This document shows, in pieces, positions 18,441 to 27,725 of a DNA stretch of 64,000 bases; the first letter of the stretch is position 1; every line of letters starts with the position of its first letter. Both the position numbers and the translations under genes were made by a program. The stretch is from an uncultured Acidobacteriota bacterium (GTDB taxonomy: Bacteria > Acidobacteriota > Vicinamibacteria > Vicinamibacterales > CAVVIG01): assembly GCA_963770995.1 (NCBI GenBank), contig CAVYRS010000002.1:43500-107499 (forward strand), read 5' to 3'. The notes beneath the pieces are model-generated. The model searched no databases, was not told the DNA's origin, and was given only the letters and a program-made list of their open reading frames with translations.

Positions 18441-19382
18441 GTGAGAGCCCTCGCCACGGCTACGCTGGTGGTCCTTGCGGCCGCGGGCTGCACGCGCGCC
18501 AACGCTCCGGCCAAGGGTCCGCTCATCTCCGCCCGAACCACGATGGTGACGGCGTGGGAGATCCCCAAGAACCCGCTCACCGACACGAGCGTCGGAAAAT
18601 CAGCGCTCGACGACCAGATCCGCTGGGGCTACAAGATTTTCACCAACACGCCGCACGAGGCGGCTCGGTTCACGGGCGGCAAGGTGTCGTGCGCGAACTG
18701 TCACCTCAACGCCGGGCAGCGCGAGCGGTCGCTGCCGCTCGTCGCCGTCGCCGGCATGTTCCCCGAGTACAACAACCGCGCCGCCCGCCTCATCAGCCTC
18801 GGCGACCGCATCGTCGACTGCTTCATGCGGAGCGAGAACGCGACCGGGCGTCTCGCCGGTCCGGCGGACGCTGAGGCCGGCGAACAGAACCATCAGGACG
18901 CGGTTGAGATCGTCTCGCCGACCTCGAAGGAAGTGCTCGCGGTGTCGGCGTATATCGCCTGGCTCGCCAAGGGGTATGCGGTTGGCGTGAACCCGTCGTG
19001 GCGCGGGCAGAACACGATCGCGACCGACACGCTCGTGCCGATGGCGTCGCTCGATCGCGCCCGCGGCGAATCGGTGTTCATGGAGCGCTGCACCTCGTGC
19101 CACGGCGCCGACGGCCAGGGCGTGCAGATCGGCGACAAGAAAGCGGGTCCGCTGTGGGGGCCAGATTCGTGGAACGACGGCGCGGGCGCCGCGCGCGTGT
19201 ACACGCTCGCCGGCATCATCCGCTACACGATGCCCTATCTCGATCCCGGCAACCTGAGCGACGAAGACGCGCAGCATGTGGCCGCGTTCATCAATTCGAA
19301 GCCGCGGCCCGAGTACCCGCACAAGCAGCGCGACTACCCCGGCGGGAAGGTCCCGATCGACGCGGTCTACTACCGGAAGTAG
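18441..19382 (+). CDS. Diheme c-type cytochrome, TsdA (thiosulfate dehydrogenase)-like family lipoprotein
   Basis: The N-terminus has a signal and lipobox (LAAAGC). Heme motifs CANCH and CTSCH are present. RIVDCFMRS resembles the TsdA family signature as I remember it. Confidence 0.7.
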   Translation: MRALATATLVVLAAAGCTRANAPAKGPLISARTTMVTAWEIPKNPLTDTSVGKSALDDQIRWGYKIFTNTPHEAARFTGGKVSCANCHLNAGQRERSLPLVAVAGMFPEYNNRAARLISLGDRIVDCFMRSENATGRLAGPADAEAGEQNHQDAVEIVSPTSKEVLAVSAYIAWLAKGYAVGVNPSWRGQNTIATDTLVPMASLDRARGESVFMERCTSCHGADGQGVQIGDKKAGPLWGPDSWNDGAGAARVYTLAGIIRYTMPYLDPGNLSDEDAQHVAAFINSKPRPEYPHKQRDYPGGKVPIDAVYYRK

Positions 19383-19390
19383 ACCGAAAA

Positions 19391-19422
19391 GGTAGAAGTT
19401 AGAAGTGAGAACTTGGAAGGAC
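19391..19422. repeat. Half copy (one arm only) of the ttagaag word element
   Basis: The sequence ggtagaagttagaagtgagaacttggaaggac has no inverted partner downstream. It overlaps the predicted GTG start of the next gene. Confidence 0.6.
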
Positions 19423-20250
19423 TTTGTGCCCTCTGCAAGGAATCGTCTTTGGGTTGCTTCCTTTGTGTTGATCGCGATCGCGATTGCCGCCTCGGTCTCA
19501 GCACAATTTCAGGGACGCCGCAACGGACGGTACGGGTACGGCGTTCCGCCCAACGCCAAATACGACGGCGCGTTCATGTTCTGCCGGATCATGTACCGGC
19601 AGGCGCCCGACGGCGACGGCGGCAACTGGTCGGTCGACTACCCGCGCGCCGACGTGAACCTCACCTTCCGTCTGTCCGAGCTGACCACGACGTCGGTGAG
19701 CCGCGACTCGCTCGGCGAGTTCAACCACATCGTGATCCGGCTGACCGATCCCGAGCTCTTTCGCTGCCCGTTCATCATGATGACCGAGGTGGGGGCGACC
19801 TACATCGACGAGGAGGAGGCCAAGCAGCTGCGTGAGTATTTGATGCGCGGCGGCTTTCTCTGGGCCGACGATTTCTGGGGCGAATACGCCTGGGAGCACT
19901 GGGTCAACGAGCTGCGCAAAGCGCTGCCCTCGGGCTATCCGATCATCGATCTGAAGATGGATCACCCGCTGTTCCACGTCCTCTACGACGTGCGCGAGCT
20001 TCCGCAGATCCCCTCGATCAATTCCTACTACGGAACCGGCCGCGGCACGTCAGAGCGTTACGACAGCCGCGTGCCACATGCGCGCGGGATCGAGGACCAC
20101 AATGGCAACCTGATGGTCCTGATCACGCACAACACCGATTTCGGCGACGCCTTCGAGCGCGAGGGCGACGATCGGGAGTACTTCGAGCGCTTCGCGGGGC
20201 CCGGCTACGCGGTCGGGATCAACGTTGTGATCTACGCGATGACCCACTGA
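19405..20250 (+). CDS. DUF4159 domain-containing protein
   Basis: A 281-aa ORF with an N-terminal TM/signal (LWVASFVLIAIAIAASVSAQ). The conserved stretch is WSVDYPRADVNLTFRLSELT...FIMMTEVG...LREYLMRGGFLWADDFWG. Confidence 0.8.
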   Translation: MRTWKDFVPSARNRLWVASFVLIAIAIAASVSAQFQGRRNGRYGYGVPPNAKYDGAFMFCRIMYRQAPDGDGGNWSVDYPRADVNLTFRLSELTTTSVSRDSLGEFNHIVIRLTDPELFRCPFIMMTEVGATYIDEEEAKQLREYLMRGGFLWADDFWGEYAWEHWVNELRKALPSGYPIIDLKMDHPLFHVLYDVRELPQIPSINSYYGTGRGTSERYDSRVPHARGIEDHNGNLMVLITHNTDFGDAFEREGDDREYFERFAGPGYAVGINVVIYAMTH

Positions 20251-20262
20251 GGCGTGCCAAAC

Positions 20263-20287
20263 GGGGTCTGATCCGGGATCAGACCCC
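20263..20287. repeat. REP family 3 palindrome
   Basis: The sequence ggggtctgatccgggatcagacccc lies between convergent stops at 20250 and 20299. Confidence 0.85.
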
Positions 20288-20298
20288 AATTGGCACGG

Positions 20299-21342
20299 TT
20301 ATCGCGCGGCGTAGGACTTGGTCGCGCGCGTGCGGCCGTTCGTCACCGTAAACGACCCGTCCTCCTTCGCACTCACCTTGATCCAATGCGCGGCCGTCTC
20401 GTCGAGGTTGGCGATGCGTTCGTCCGCGAAGTTCTGCGATCCTCGAACCTCCGACCGGTGCAGCTGCCACACATCGGCGATCCCCGTCGCGCGGCGCAGC
20501 GCGGCGAAGGTCTCGGGTGCACCGCCCTTTCGGGCGCCGTTGTTGAGCACCGCAATCCGCGGCGCGAACGCGGCGAAGGTCGCCGGATCCGCGGCGTCGG
20601 CGCCGCCGTGGTGCGCGACGAGATAGACGTCAACCGGCCCCACGAGATTGGCGGGACACGCCAGCGCGTAGAGCGGCTCCCCTGACAGATCGCCGAGATC
20701 GAGGAAGCGGAACTGGCCGAACTGCAGACGAAACCCCGTCGAGCGCGGGTTCTCGTGGATTTCTTGCGCAGGTGGCGCCGTGGCCGCGCACTGTGGCGTG
20801 AGGCCGCCCGAGCCCGCCAGCGGCTGCACGATCGTCCTTTCCGCCGCGCTGACGACCGTCGCATCGACGCCCTTCAGCGGAATCCGGTCACCGGGTGTCG
20901 GCTCGAAGTGGCGGCCCTTCGCGCGCACCGCTGCGTACGCGTCGAACATCGCGCGCGTGCCCGGCACGTTCTCCTCGGCCTGCGGCGGCACGGTCCCGTG
21001 ATCGATGAAGGTCCCGATCGGCAGTTCCTGCGCCAACTCGACGACGCCGCCATCGTGATCGGCGTGGAAGTGCGTGATGAGCAGGTAATCGATGCGGGTC
21101 ACGCCCGCGTCGCGAGCCGCCGCGACGATGCGCCGCGCATCGCGCGCCTGCCGCGGGTCGCCGGGCTTCGAGTCGAACGTGCCGTTGCCGGGAAAGCCGG
21201 TGTCCACGAGCAGCGACTCGCCCGCCGGCGTGACGATCAGCGTCGCCTGCCCGCCTTCGACGTCGATGAAGTAGATGTCCAGCGGCTTGGGAGCGGCCGC
21301 CTGACTCGAGGCAATCGCCAGCGCGACGACGAGGTGTTTCAT
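20299..21342 (-). CDS. Secreted MBL-fold metallo-hydrolase (ComEC/Rec2 C-terminal-like lactamase_B domain)
   Basis: The signal peptide is MKHLVVALAIASSQAAAP. The metal motif LLITHFHADHDGG and a later VAHHGG are present. Confidence 0.85.
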   Translation of the reverse strand: MKHLVVALAIASSQAAAPKPLDIYFIDVEGGQATLIVTPAGESLLVDTGFPGNGTFDSKPGDPRQARDARRIVAAARDAGVTRIDYLLITHFHADHDGGVVELAQELPIGTFIDHGTVPPQAEENVPGTRAMFDAYAAVRAKGRHFEPTPGDRIPLKGVDATVVSAAERTIVQPLAGSGGLTPQCAATAPPAQEIHENPRSTGFRLQFGQFRFLDLGDLSGEPLYALACPANLVGPVDVYLVAHHGGADAADPATFAAFAPRIAVLNNGARKGGAPETFAALRRATGIADVWQLHRSEVRGSQNFADERIANLDETAAHWIKVSAKEDGSFTVTNGRTRATKSYAAR

Positions 21343-21365
21343 GTACTGGAGATTATCAGTAACGG

Positions 21366-21528
21366 GCGACGGAGTTCACGGAGGGAACGGTATTCACACG
21401 GAGAAACGGAGGAACGAAGACGAACGGAGAAGACAGCGTGACACTGTTGGTTCGACGGGGCGTCGAACCCTGCCTTCTCTGCGCGTCTCCGTTTCTTCGT
21501 TGCTCCGTGTGATCCCGTGTCCTCCGCC
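21366..21528. repeat. Largest word hairpin, acggag vocabulary, with a perfect mini-hairpin in the loop
   Basis: The left arm has five ACGGAG words plus variants. The centre is ggttcgacggggcgtcgaacc. The right arm is ccttctctgcgcgtctccgtttcttcgttgctccgtgtgatcccgtgtcctccgcc. Confidence 0.85.
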
Positions 21529-21543
21529 CCCTCATGCCCGCGG

Positions 21544-22761
21544 CTAGATCAACGCAACACCCGGCTCCTGGATCGGACACCCCTCGATCCGGCGCACGAG
21601 CGCCGCGTCGGCGAGCTTGTCCGCGGCGTCCACGCACAGGGGCCGCGCCGGCACTCGACGCGCGGCGAAGACCGCTTCGGCGAAGCTGCGATCGCCGACG
21701 AGCGGCCGGCCGCCGATCATGACGAGCATCAAATCGCCCCGGCTCGCCTCGAGCACCGACTCCGCCGCGGACGGCGCGAGCGGCGGCACGACCACGAAGT
21801 CCGCGAGCAAGCCGGCCGCGATCCGGCCCGCGCGCGGCTGACGCAGGACATCCGCCGCGTCGTGCGTCACCATCGCGAGCAGCTCCGACGTCGACAACGG
21901 CGCCGAGGCTCGGGCCACGCGCAGCTCGTCGAGCAGGTCGCGCCCGCCGGTGATCCGCGAATCGGTGCCGATCGCAACGCGCGGCCGCTCGGGGTTCCGG
22001 AGGAGGTCGCTCATTGCGGCGGTGCGGCCAAAGAGAAACAGATTGGACGCCGGACACCACACCAACGATGTCTGGTTCGCCGCCACGCGCCGCCACCCTT
22101 CGTCGTCGATCGCGACGCCGTGGACGATCACCGTGTTGGCCTTCAGGCAGCCCAGCGATTCGAGCCGCGGCAGTTCCTCGCCAGCCGCCGCGTCCACGCC
22201 CTCGCCCAGATGCACCATGAACGGCAGGCTCGGCGCCGTCGCGCGCCAGCGCGCCGCCACGCTGCCGCCCAGTTCGCCGCGCGCGCCGGCCGGCTGCTTC
22301 TCGAGCGCGAAGGAGTGCGCCCAGCCGTAGCGCCGCAGCACGCGCACCGGCACGCCGCAGCGAAAGTCGCGATAGTACGGGTTGTGATGCGCAACGAGCG
22401 TCACGCCCGCGAGCAGGTTCTTGAGCGCGCCGGCAAACAAGCGCTCCGCCAGCGGATGCGATCGCCCGGCACGGATGTCCGGATCGTCCTGGAGGCGCGG
22501 CCGCATGTCGTCGATCCACTGCGTCGCGTTCTCGTAGCGATCCCGGAACTTGAGGCGGCCGTAGTGATTCAGTTCGAGATGATCGTGCGCGTTGATCAGA
22601 CCCGGCAGGACGAACGCGCCATTCAGGTCAACAACGGTGTCGCGGGCGCGCGGGCGATCGCCGACCGCGATGACGCGCCGTGCAAAACGCACGCAGTCCG
22701 TCATCCCGCCATCGGCCATCACCCGGCCATTGACGAACGCGACGGTGTGCGGCCAGGTCAC
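21544..22761 (-). CDS. Metal-dependent amidohydrolase family protein
   Basis: A GTG at 22761 overlaps the upstream stop (GTGA). Motifs are VLPGLINAHDHLELN, MVHLGEG, VIVHGVA and AIGTDSRI. The upstream part of ORF 21544..23160 is shadow sequence. Confidence 0.8.
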   Translation of the reverse strand: MTWPHTVAFVNGRVMADGGMTDCVRFARRVIAVGDRPRARDTVVDLNGAFVLPGLINAHDHLELNHYGRLKFRDRYENATQWIDDMRPRLQDDPDIRAGRSHPLAERLFAGALKNLLAGVTLVAHHNPYYRDFRCGVPVRVLRRYGWAHSFALEKQPAGARGELGGSVAARWRATAPSLPFMVHLGEGVDAAAGEELPRLESLGCLKANTVIVHGVAIDDEGWRRVAANQTSLVWCPASNLFLFGRTAAMSDLLRNPERPRVAIGTDSRITGGRDLLDELRVARASAPLSTSELLAMVTHDAADVLRQPRAGRIAAGLLADFVVVPPLAPSAAESVLEASRGDLMLVMIGGRPLVGDRSFAEAVFAARRVPARPLCVDAADKLADAALVRRIEGCPIQEPGVALI

Positions 22762-23465
22762 AAGTTCTTGACGGTGTGAAACACGACGACCACCGGCGGA
22801 TTGCGCCACCGCCGACGGAATTCCTTGACGCCCGCATCCTCGTCGTCGGTGAAGCGCGGTTCGCGGATCGCGACGGTTCGAAGCCCCGCGGCGTCTATCG
22901 CCGCCAGGTGATCGTCGATCGCATGGGCCGCGAACCCGAGCTCGTGCGCTTCGCCGTCGCGGCCCCGAAACGTGCGCTTCCACCCGTGCTGCGCCCACGA
23001 CGGATGAAAGTCCGAGTACACCAGGTGGCCGCCGCGCGCCAGCACGCGCGCCAATTCGCGCGTCCAGGCATGCAGATCCACGACGTCGCCGACAGTAAGC
23101 GAGGCGTTGACGACGTCGAATGCTCGCCGCGCAAACGGCAGCTGCCGCGCATCGGCACACACGAGACTCCGAGCTCGTCCTTCGATAGGCTCAGGACGAG
23201 CGAGTGGGTCTCGATTACGGCGAAGCATCGCCATGGAGAAGTCCACGCCCACTACGCGCGTGGCGCCGGTGCGTTTCAAGATCGGGAGATACCGCCCCGA
23301 CCCGGTGCCCACATCGAGTGCGCGGCTCGGCTGCAGCGTCATCAGGATCGATTCGACAATCTCCTGCTCGAGGCGCATCAACGGGTTGTGGGCGACGCCC
23401 GGATAGGTGTCGGCCCAGATGTCGTAGGCCGTGCGGATCTCCGCTGAAACCACTGGAGCAGCCAT
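22758..23465 (-). CDS. Class I SAM-dependent methyltransferase (MT1) carrying an in-frame REP2 unit
   Basis: ATG at 23465 overlaps the rSAM1 stop (TGATG). Motifs are ALDVGTGSGRYL, VVGVDFSMAML and GGHLVYSDF. The residues PLARPEPIEGRARS are encoded by the REP2 hairpin at 23171-23203. Confidence 0.8.
   Translation of the reverse strand: MAAPVVSAEIRTAYDIWADTYPGVAHNPLMRLEQEIVESILMTLQPSRALDVGTGSGRYLPILKRTGATRVVGVDFSMAMLRRNRDPLARPEPIEGRARSLVCADARQLPFARRAFDVVNASLTVGDVVDLHAWTRELARVLARGGHLVYSDFHPSWAQHGWKRTFRGRDGEAHELGFAAHAIDDHLAAIDAAGLRTVAIREPRFTDDEDAGVKEFRRRWRNPPVVVVFHTVKNL
23171..23203. repeat. REP family 2 unit inside the MT1 coding sequence
   Basis: The hairpin ctcgtccttcgataggctcaggacgag has the same stem and loop type as at 5797-5915. 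Confidence 0.75.
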
Positions 23466-24946
23466 CAGAATCCCGTCGTCTCCGGACGCTGATACCGAAT
23501 CAACCGATGCAGCGCCCGCAGTTCGTACGGCGCGTCGTACCAGCGCAGGGCGTATCGCCACGCGCTCGCCGCTCTCAACGCGGCGCGATGCAATCTGTGT
23601 CAGCCTCGGATCGGTCACGGTCGGGTAGAACGCGTTGACGACGCGCTCGAAATTGCGGACGCTGCGGCGCACTTCGGCATTCACCCACGGAATGCCGTCG
23701 CCGCGGCGCATCGAGAGCTGCTCCCAGACCGGCGACGCCCATTCCTCCAGCGTCTGCGGAAACGCAAAACCCAGTCGTTTCGCGCCGTCGTACAGCTGGC
23801 CGTCCATCGGCACCGGCGTGTAGGTGTAGAGCACGATCTCGGTGCGCGGGTTGATCTTCTTCAGCCGTCGGATGAAACTCAAACGTCGCCTCGACATCCT
23901 GGAGCGGATCGGGCGGCGATCCGAGGACGAACGAAAACTCAGGGATGACACCGTAGGTCTGCATCCGCCGGGCGAGCTCGAGCGTCAGGTTCGACGACGC
24001 CTTGCCGCCCTTGTTCATCGCCGCGAGCGTCGCGTCGCTGGCGGCTTCGGCGCCCGAGAACACCATCTTCAGGCCCGATCGCGCCATCTTCTGCCACGTC
24101 GCGTCGCTGTACTGCATGAGCGTGTCGATACGTCCCAGCGCCCACCAGGCAACGCCGAGCCTCTCGATGCGCTCCGCAAACTCCGCGGTACGCGCCTCGG
24201 AGATGAAGAAGTCCATGTCGTGCATCTGGACGGCGTCGATCCCGTAGGTGGCGACGAGGTCCTCGCAGCGCGCGTTCCATGCGCGCCGGCGACTGCGCGA
24301 TCCAGCGACGGTTCGACATCGCCACGACCGCACAGAAGCTGCACGCAAATGGACAGCCGAACGACGAGTTGTACGCAACCGTGCGGCGGCCGAGATAGTT
24401 CCGATGGAGATACCGCGTCATGTCCACGCGGTCGTACGGCAGGTCCGGCAGATCGTCGAGGGGCGTGAGCGCGCCGGTCGAGTTGTGGATGACGCTCGTG
24501 CCCGCCTTCCACGACAGGGCCGTGACGCGCGCGAGCGACCCGCCGGATCGGAGCGCGGCGAGCAACTGCAGCAGCGGCTGCTCGCCCTGCGAACGAACGA
24601 CGAAATCCACGAGCGGCGACGCGAGCACCGTGTCGGCGTGCTGCGTCGGAAAGTAGCCGCCCCACACGATTGGCACGTCCGGCAGCTCGGCTTTGACCCG
24701 TCGGCAGACGGCCACCGCCTGCGTCAACTGCGGCCCTGGCATGACGGTGACGGCGAGGAGCTTCACGGCCGACGCGGACGCCGCATCGAGCCGGGCGACG
24801 ATCTCGGCGGCGGGATCGGGAACGAGATTGCCGTCGACGAGCGACCAGGCATGTTCGTCGCCGAGGACCGCCGCGAGCGACATCAGCGACAGCGGCAGCG
24901 GCTGCTTTCCGGGCGTCGTCGAGAGCGGGTTGTAGAGGACGATCAT
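23465..24946 (-). pseudogene. B12-binding radical SAM protein (rSAM1) with three frameshifts (near 24290, 23875, 23580)
   Basis: The first segment is MIVLYNPLSTTPGKQPLPLSLMSLAAVLG...SFGCPFACSFCAV (CxxxCxxC). Then come EDLVATYGIDAVQMHDMDFF...GLKMVFSGAEAASDATL, FIRRLKKINPRTEIVLYTYTPVP... and a manually found tail WRYALRWYDAPYELRALHRLIRYQRPETTGF-stop. Confidence 0.8.
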
Positions 24947-25843
24947 CGCGCCATCCACAGGCCGAACGCGGCCGGTGCGCGCCGCAGCCGGACGCGCGCC
25001 AGGTGCCGGCGCAGCCGCCACGGCAGCGGTCCGCGCGTCGGCACGAACTGCGGGTGCAGATCCAGCGACTCCGCGATCTCACCCAGCCGAGCGAATGTCA
25101 GATAGCCGACGCCCGGTCGCACCACGCCGGAGATCGCGAGCTCGCGGCGAAAGCGCCGATCTCTGTCGTCAACCATGGCGGCGCCGTCGCGGTCGCGGCG
25201 GAACATCGGCGAGTCCATCACGACCAGCGCCCCGCCGGAGGCGAGCATGCGCCGCGCGCGCGCGAGCGTCGCGGCGGCGTCCGGCGCGTAATGCAGCGAC
25301 CCGTTGAAGACGACGAGATCGAACTGCTTCGGCACGAACGGTAACGCGTCGAAGTCCGCCTGCACGGCGGTAAACGGCACGTCGTAGTGGCGCGCACGCA
25401 CCCAGTCCATCCGCCTCATCGTCGAGCGCGTCCACCGCGACCACGCGCTGGCCCAGCGCGGCCAGGCGATGCGACAGCCACCGCGTGCCGGCGCCGACAT
25501 CGAGCACCTGCATCGGCTGCGACGAGGACGCGAGCACGCGCTGGAGCAGGTGGTGATAGGTTTCGCGGCGCACGAGCCACTCGCCTGCCTGCGGATCGGT
25601 GCGTGACACCGACGGCAGCGTTCGGTAGTGCTCCGACGGCAAGAGCCGCCGGTGACCGTCGCGATCGCGCACGGTCTGGTACTGATTCAGAAACGGTGCG
25701 AGCCGCTCCGCGCGCGCAGCCGTCAGGAATCGCCAGACGCCGTCGCGCCGCTCGTAGGTTCGCGCGCAGAAGGCGCACGCGCGTGCGTCGGGATCCTGCT
25801 CCTCGAGCGTCGCGCCGCATTCCGGGCAGGCAAAGCGTGGCAT
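24943..25843 (-). pseudogene. SAM-dependent methyltransferase with N-terminal Trm112-like zinc ribbon (MT2); one frameshift near 25405
   Basis: The first segment is MPRFACPECGATLEE...CAFCARTYERRDGVWRFL then VLDVGAGTRWLSHRLAALGQRVVAVD (ORF 25169..25855). It continues ARHYDVPFTAVQADFDALPF...FNGSLHYAPD in ORF 24943..25500. Its stop overlaps the rSAM1 start (ATGA). Confidence 0.75.
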
Positions 25844-25855
25844 CCAGGCATGCAC

Positions 25856-26661
25856 TCATCTCGCCTTCCCCAGCACGATCAGAAAGTGATCGCCCCATCG
25901 ACGCACCAGCGGCCACGCGCCGATGACATCGTCGACGTGCTCGAGCGCGTCGACGAGCGCCGGATGACGGTCGGCGAACGCGTGCAGGTACGGCGGCGGC
26001 GCGAACAGACCGAGCGCGCGCAAGTGCACTCGTGAAAACCCGGCCGCCGCGCACCGCTCGCTCGAACGAACGCCGGGGAGTAGTACCGCGTCCACACCGT
26101 GCGGCCGTCGAGCGGCACGGCCACGGGATCGGAGGCGAAGCGAACCGTCGCACGCCGCCAATCGCCGCGCGCGAGGTAGAACGCGACCTCCCAGGGACAG
26201 ATCCGGCCGATCACCGACGCGATGAGAAAACCGCCCGGACGCAGGCGGCCGGCGATCCCGCGCAGAGCGGCAGCGAGATCGGGCACGCAGTTGAGCGCGC
26301 CGAAGTTCGAGTAGACCGCGTCGAACGCGGCCGGCGCGAGGCGATCGATCTCGTGAATGCCCAGGTGCTGCACCTCGACGCGATCGCCGAGCCCGGACTG
26401 CCGGATTCGGCGCTCAGCCTGCTCCACCATCGCCGGCGACCAATCGATCGCAACGACGCGATCGCCGCGACGCGCGAAGTGTTCGGCGTCCGCCCCCGGT
26501 CCGCAGCCGAGATCGAGAAGGTGCGCGCCGGCGGGCACGAACCGCTCGACCGTGTGACGGACCCGGTCGCGCATCGCGGACAGAATGCGGTTCTCGGTGT
26601 TCGAGCGGTCGTAGTCAGCGGCAACGCCGTCGAACGCCCGCTGCGTATCGAGGAGCGCGCC
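25856..26661 (-). pseudogene. Class I SAM-dependent methyltransferase (MT3); one frameshift near 26070; start codon unclear
   Basis: The upstream in-frame stretch is ALLDTQRAFDGVAADYDRSNTENRILSAMRDRV. Then come LLDLGCGPGADAEHFARRGDRVVAIDWSPAMV and YSNFGALNCV. The tail FSRVHLRALGLFAPPPYLHAF...IVLGKAR is in ORF 25856..26161. No ATG/GTG lies between the upstream TAG (26662) and ATG 26574. Confidence 0.7.
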
Positions 26662-27725
26662 CTACGACGCCCACGGCGAGTTCCTCCAGCCGGCGTTGAG
26701 CGAACAGACGCAACGCGCGCACGTCGGATCGGAATCCATGTCGAGCGATGCACGGAACGTGCGCAGGTTGCGAGTGACCAGATCAGCGAGCGGCGCGCGG
26801 CGGATGTTGCCGACAGGCGGGTGAAAGAAGCAGGGCCGCACCGACCCGTTGGCCTCGAGCACCACCGACACCCACGGCGCGTTGCAGGCGACGGGCGGAA
26901 ACGGACCGTCGCCGCCGAGCGCGGCGTAGTACTGCGGCAACCGCCGCAGCTTTGCCGGCGATTCCGCAACGAACCCGGACGCGAAATCTCCCTCGTAGCG
27001 GGTCACTGTCCGCTCGACGATGGTTCGGAACTCGCGCACTTCGTCAGGGGTCGAGCGCCAGACCTGGGGACAGACGTCGGGGACGGACTTCGACCGAAGG
27101 CGCTCGACGACACGTCCGCGGCGAGAAACGAGATGCCGTCAACGCCGATCGCCTTCGCGTGATCGATGAGCCGCGGCAGCTCGCGGAAATTCGCCCGGTG
27201 CAAGGTCGCCCGCGCCGTCACCGGCACCTGGGGCGCGACACGGCGCAGACGCGCGATGCCGCGTCCGACCGTCGCCAGACCCTTGATCCCACGCACTTCT
27301 TCGTAGAGCGAATCGCTCGCCGCGTCGAGCGAGACGAACACCCTGGAAAATCGTTTCGCCACCTGGTCCGCGGAACGCTCCAACAGCACACCGCTCGTCA
27401 ACAGTTGCAGCGAGAGGCCGCGCGCGCGGAACATGTCGGCCGCGTCGAACACGTCCTGCCGCAACAGGGGCTCGCCGCCGGAGAAGGCGACCACACGCGT
27501 GCCGAGCGCGGGCAGCGCGTCGGCCACCGCCTCGATCTCCTCGAGCGTCAGATCGTCCTCGCCGGTGTGCGTCCACCAGTCGCACGAGACACAGCGGCTG
27601 TTGCAGCGGCTCGTGGGATAGAAGATCAGCAGCGGCAGTACCAACGTGCGGTTCATGGCCGCGCCGAGCCTGACGAACACCGCCGTCGACACCGCTCTTG
27701 CCGTCGCCGATCCGTAGACACTCAT
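26662..27725 (-). pseudogene. Radical SAM protein with C-terminal SPASM/twitch-like Cys-rich domain; one frameshift near 27090
   Basis: The core is LLIFYPTSRCNSRCVSCDWW (CX3CX2C), AFSGGEPLL. The tail is SKSVPDVCPQVW...CNAPWVSVVLEANGSVRPCFFHPPVGNI...DPTCARCVCS. ATG at 27725 overlaps the upstream stop (ATGA); the alternative start is ATG 27656. Confidence 0.75.

Noticed and set aside
21449-21469. The GGTTCGA-containing mini-hairpin in element G might be a tRNA T-arm or tRNA fragment.
   Set aside because: There is no acceptor, D or anticodon arm in the flanks. The flanks are the word arrays of the hairpin. The similarity is limited to a few nucleotides.
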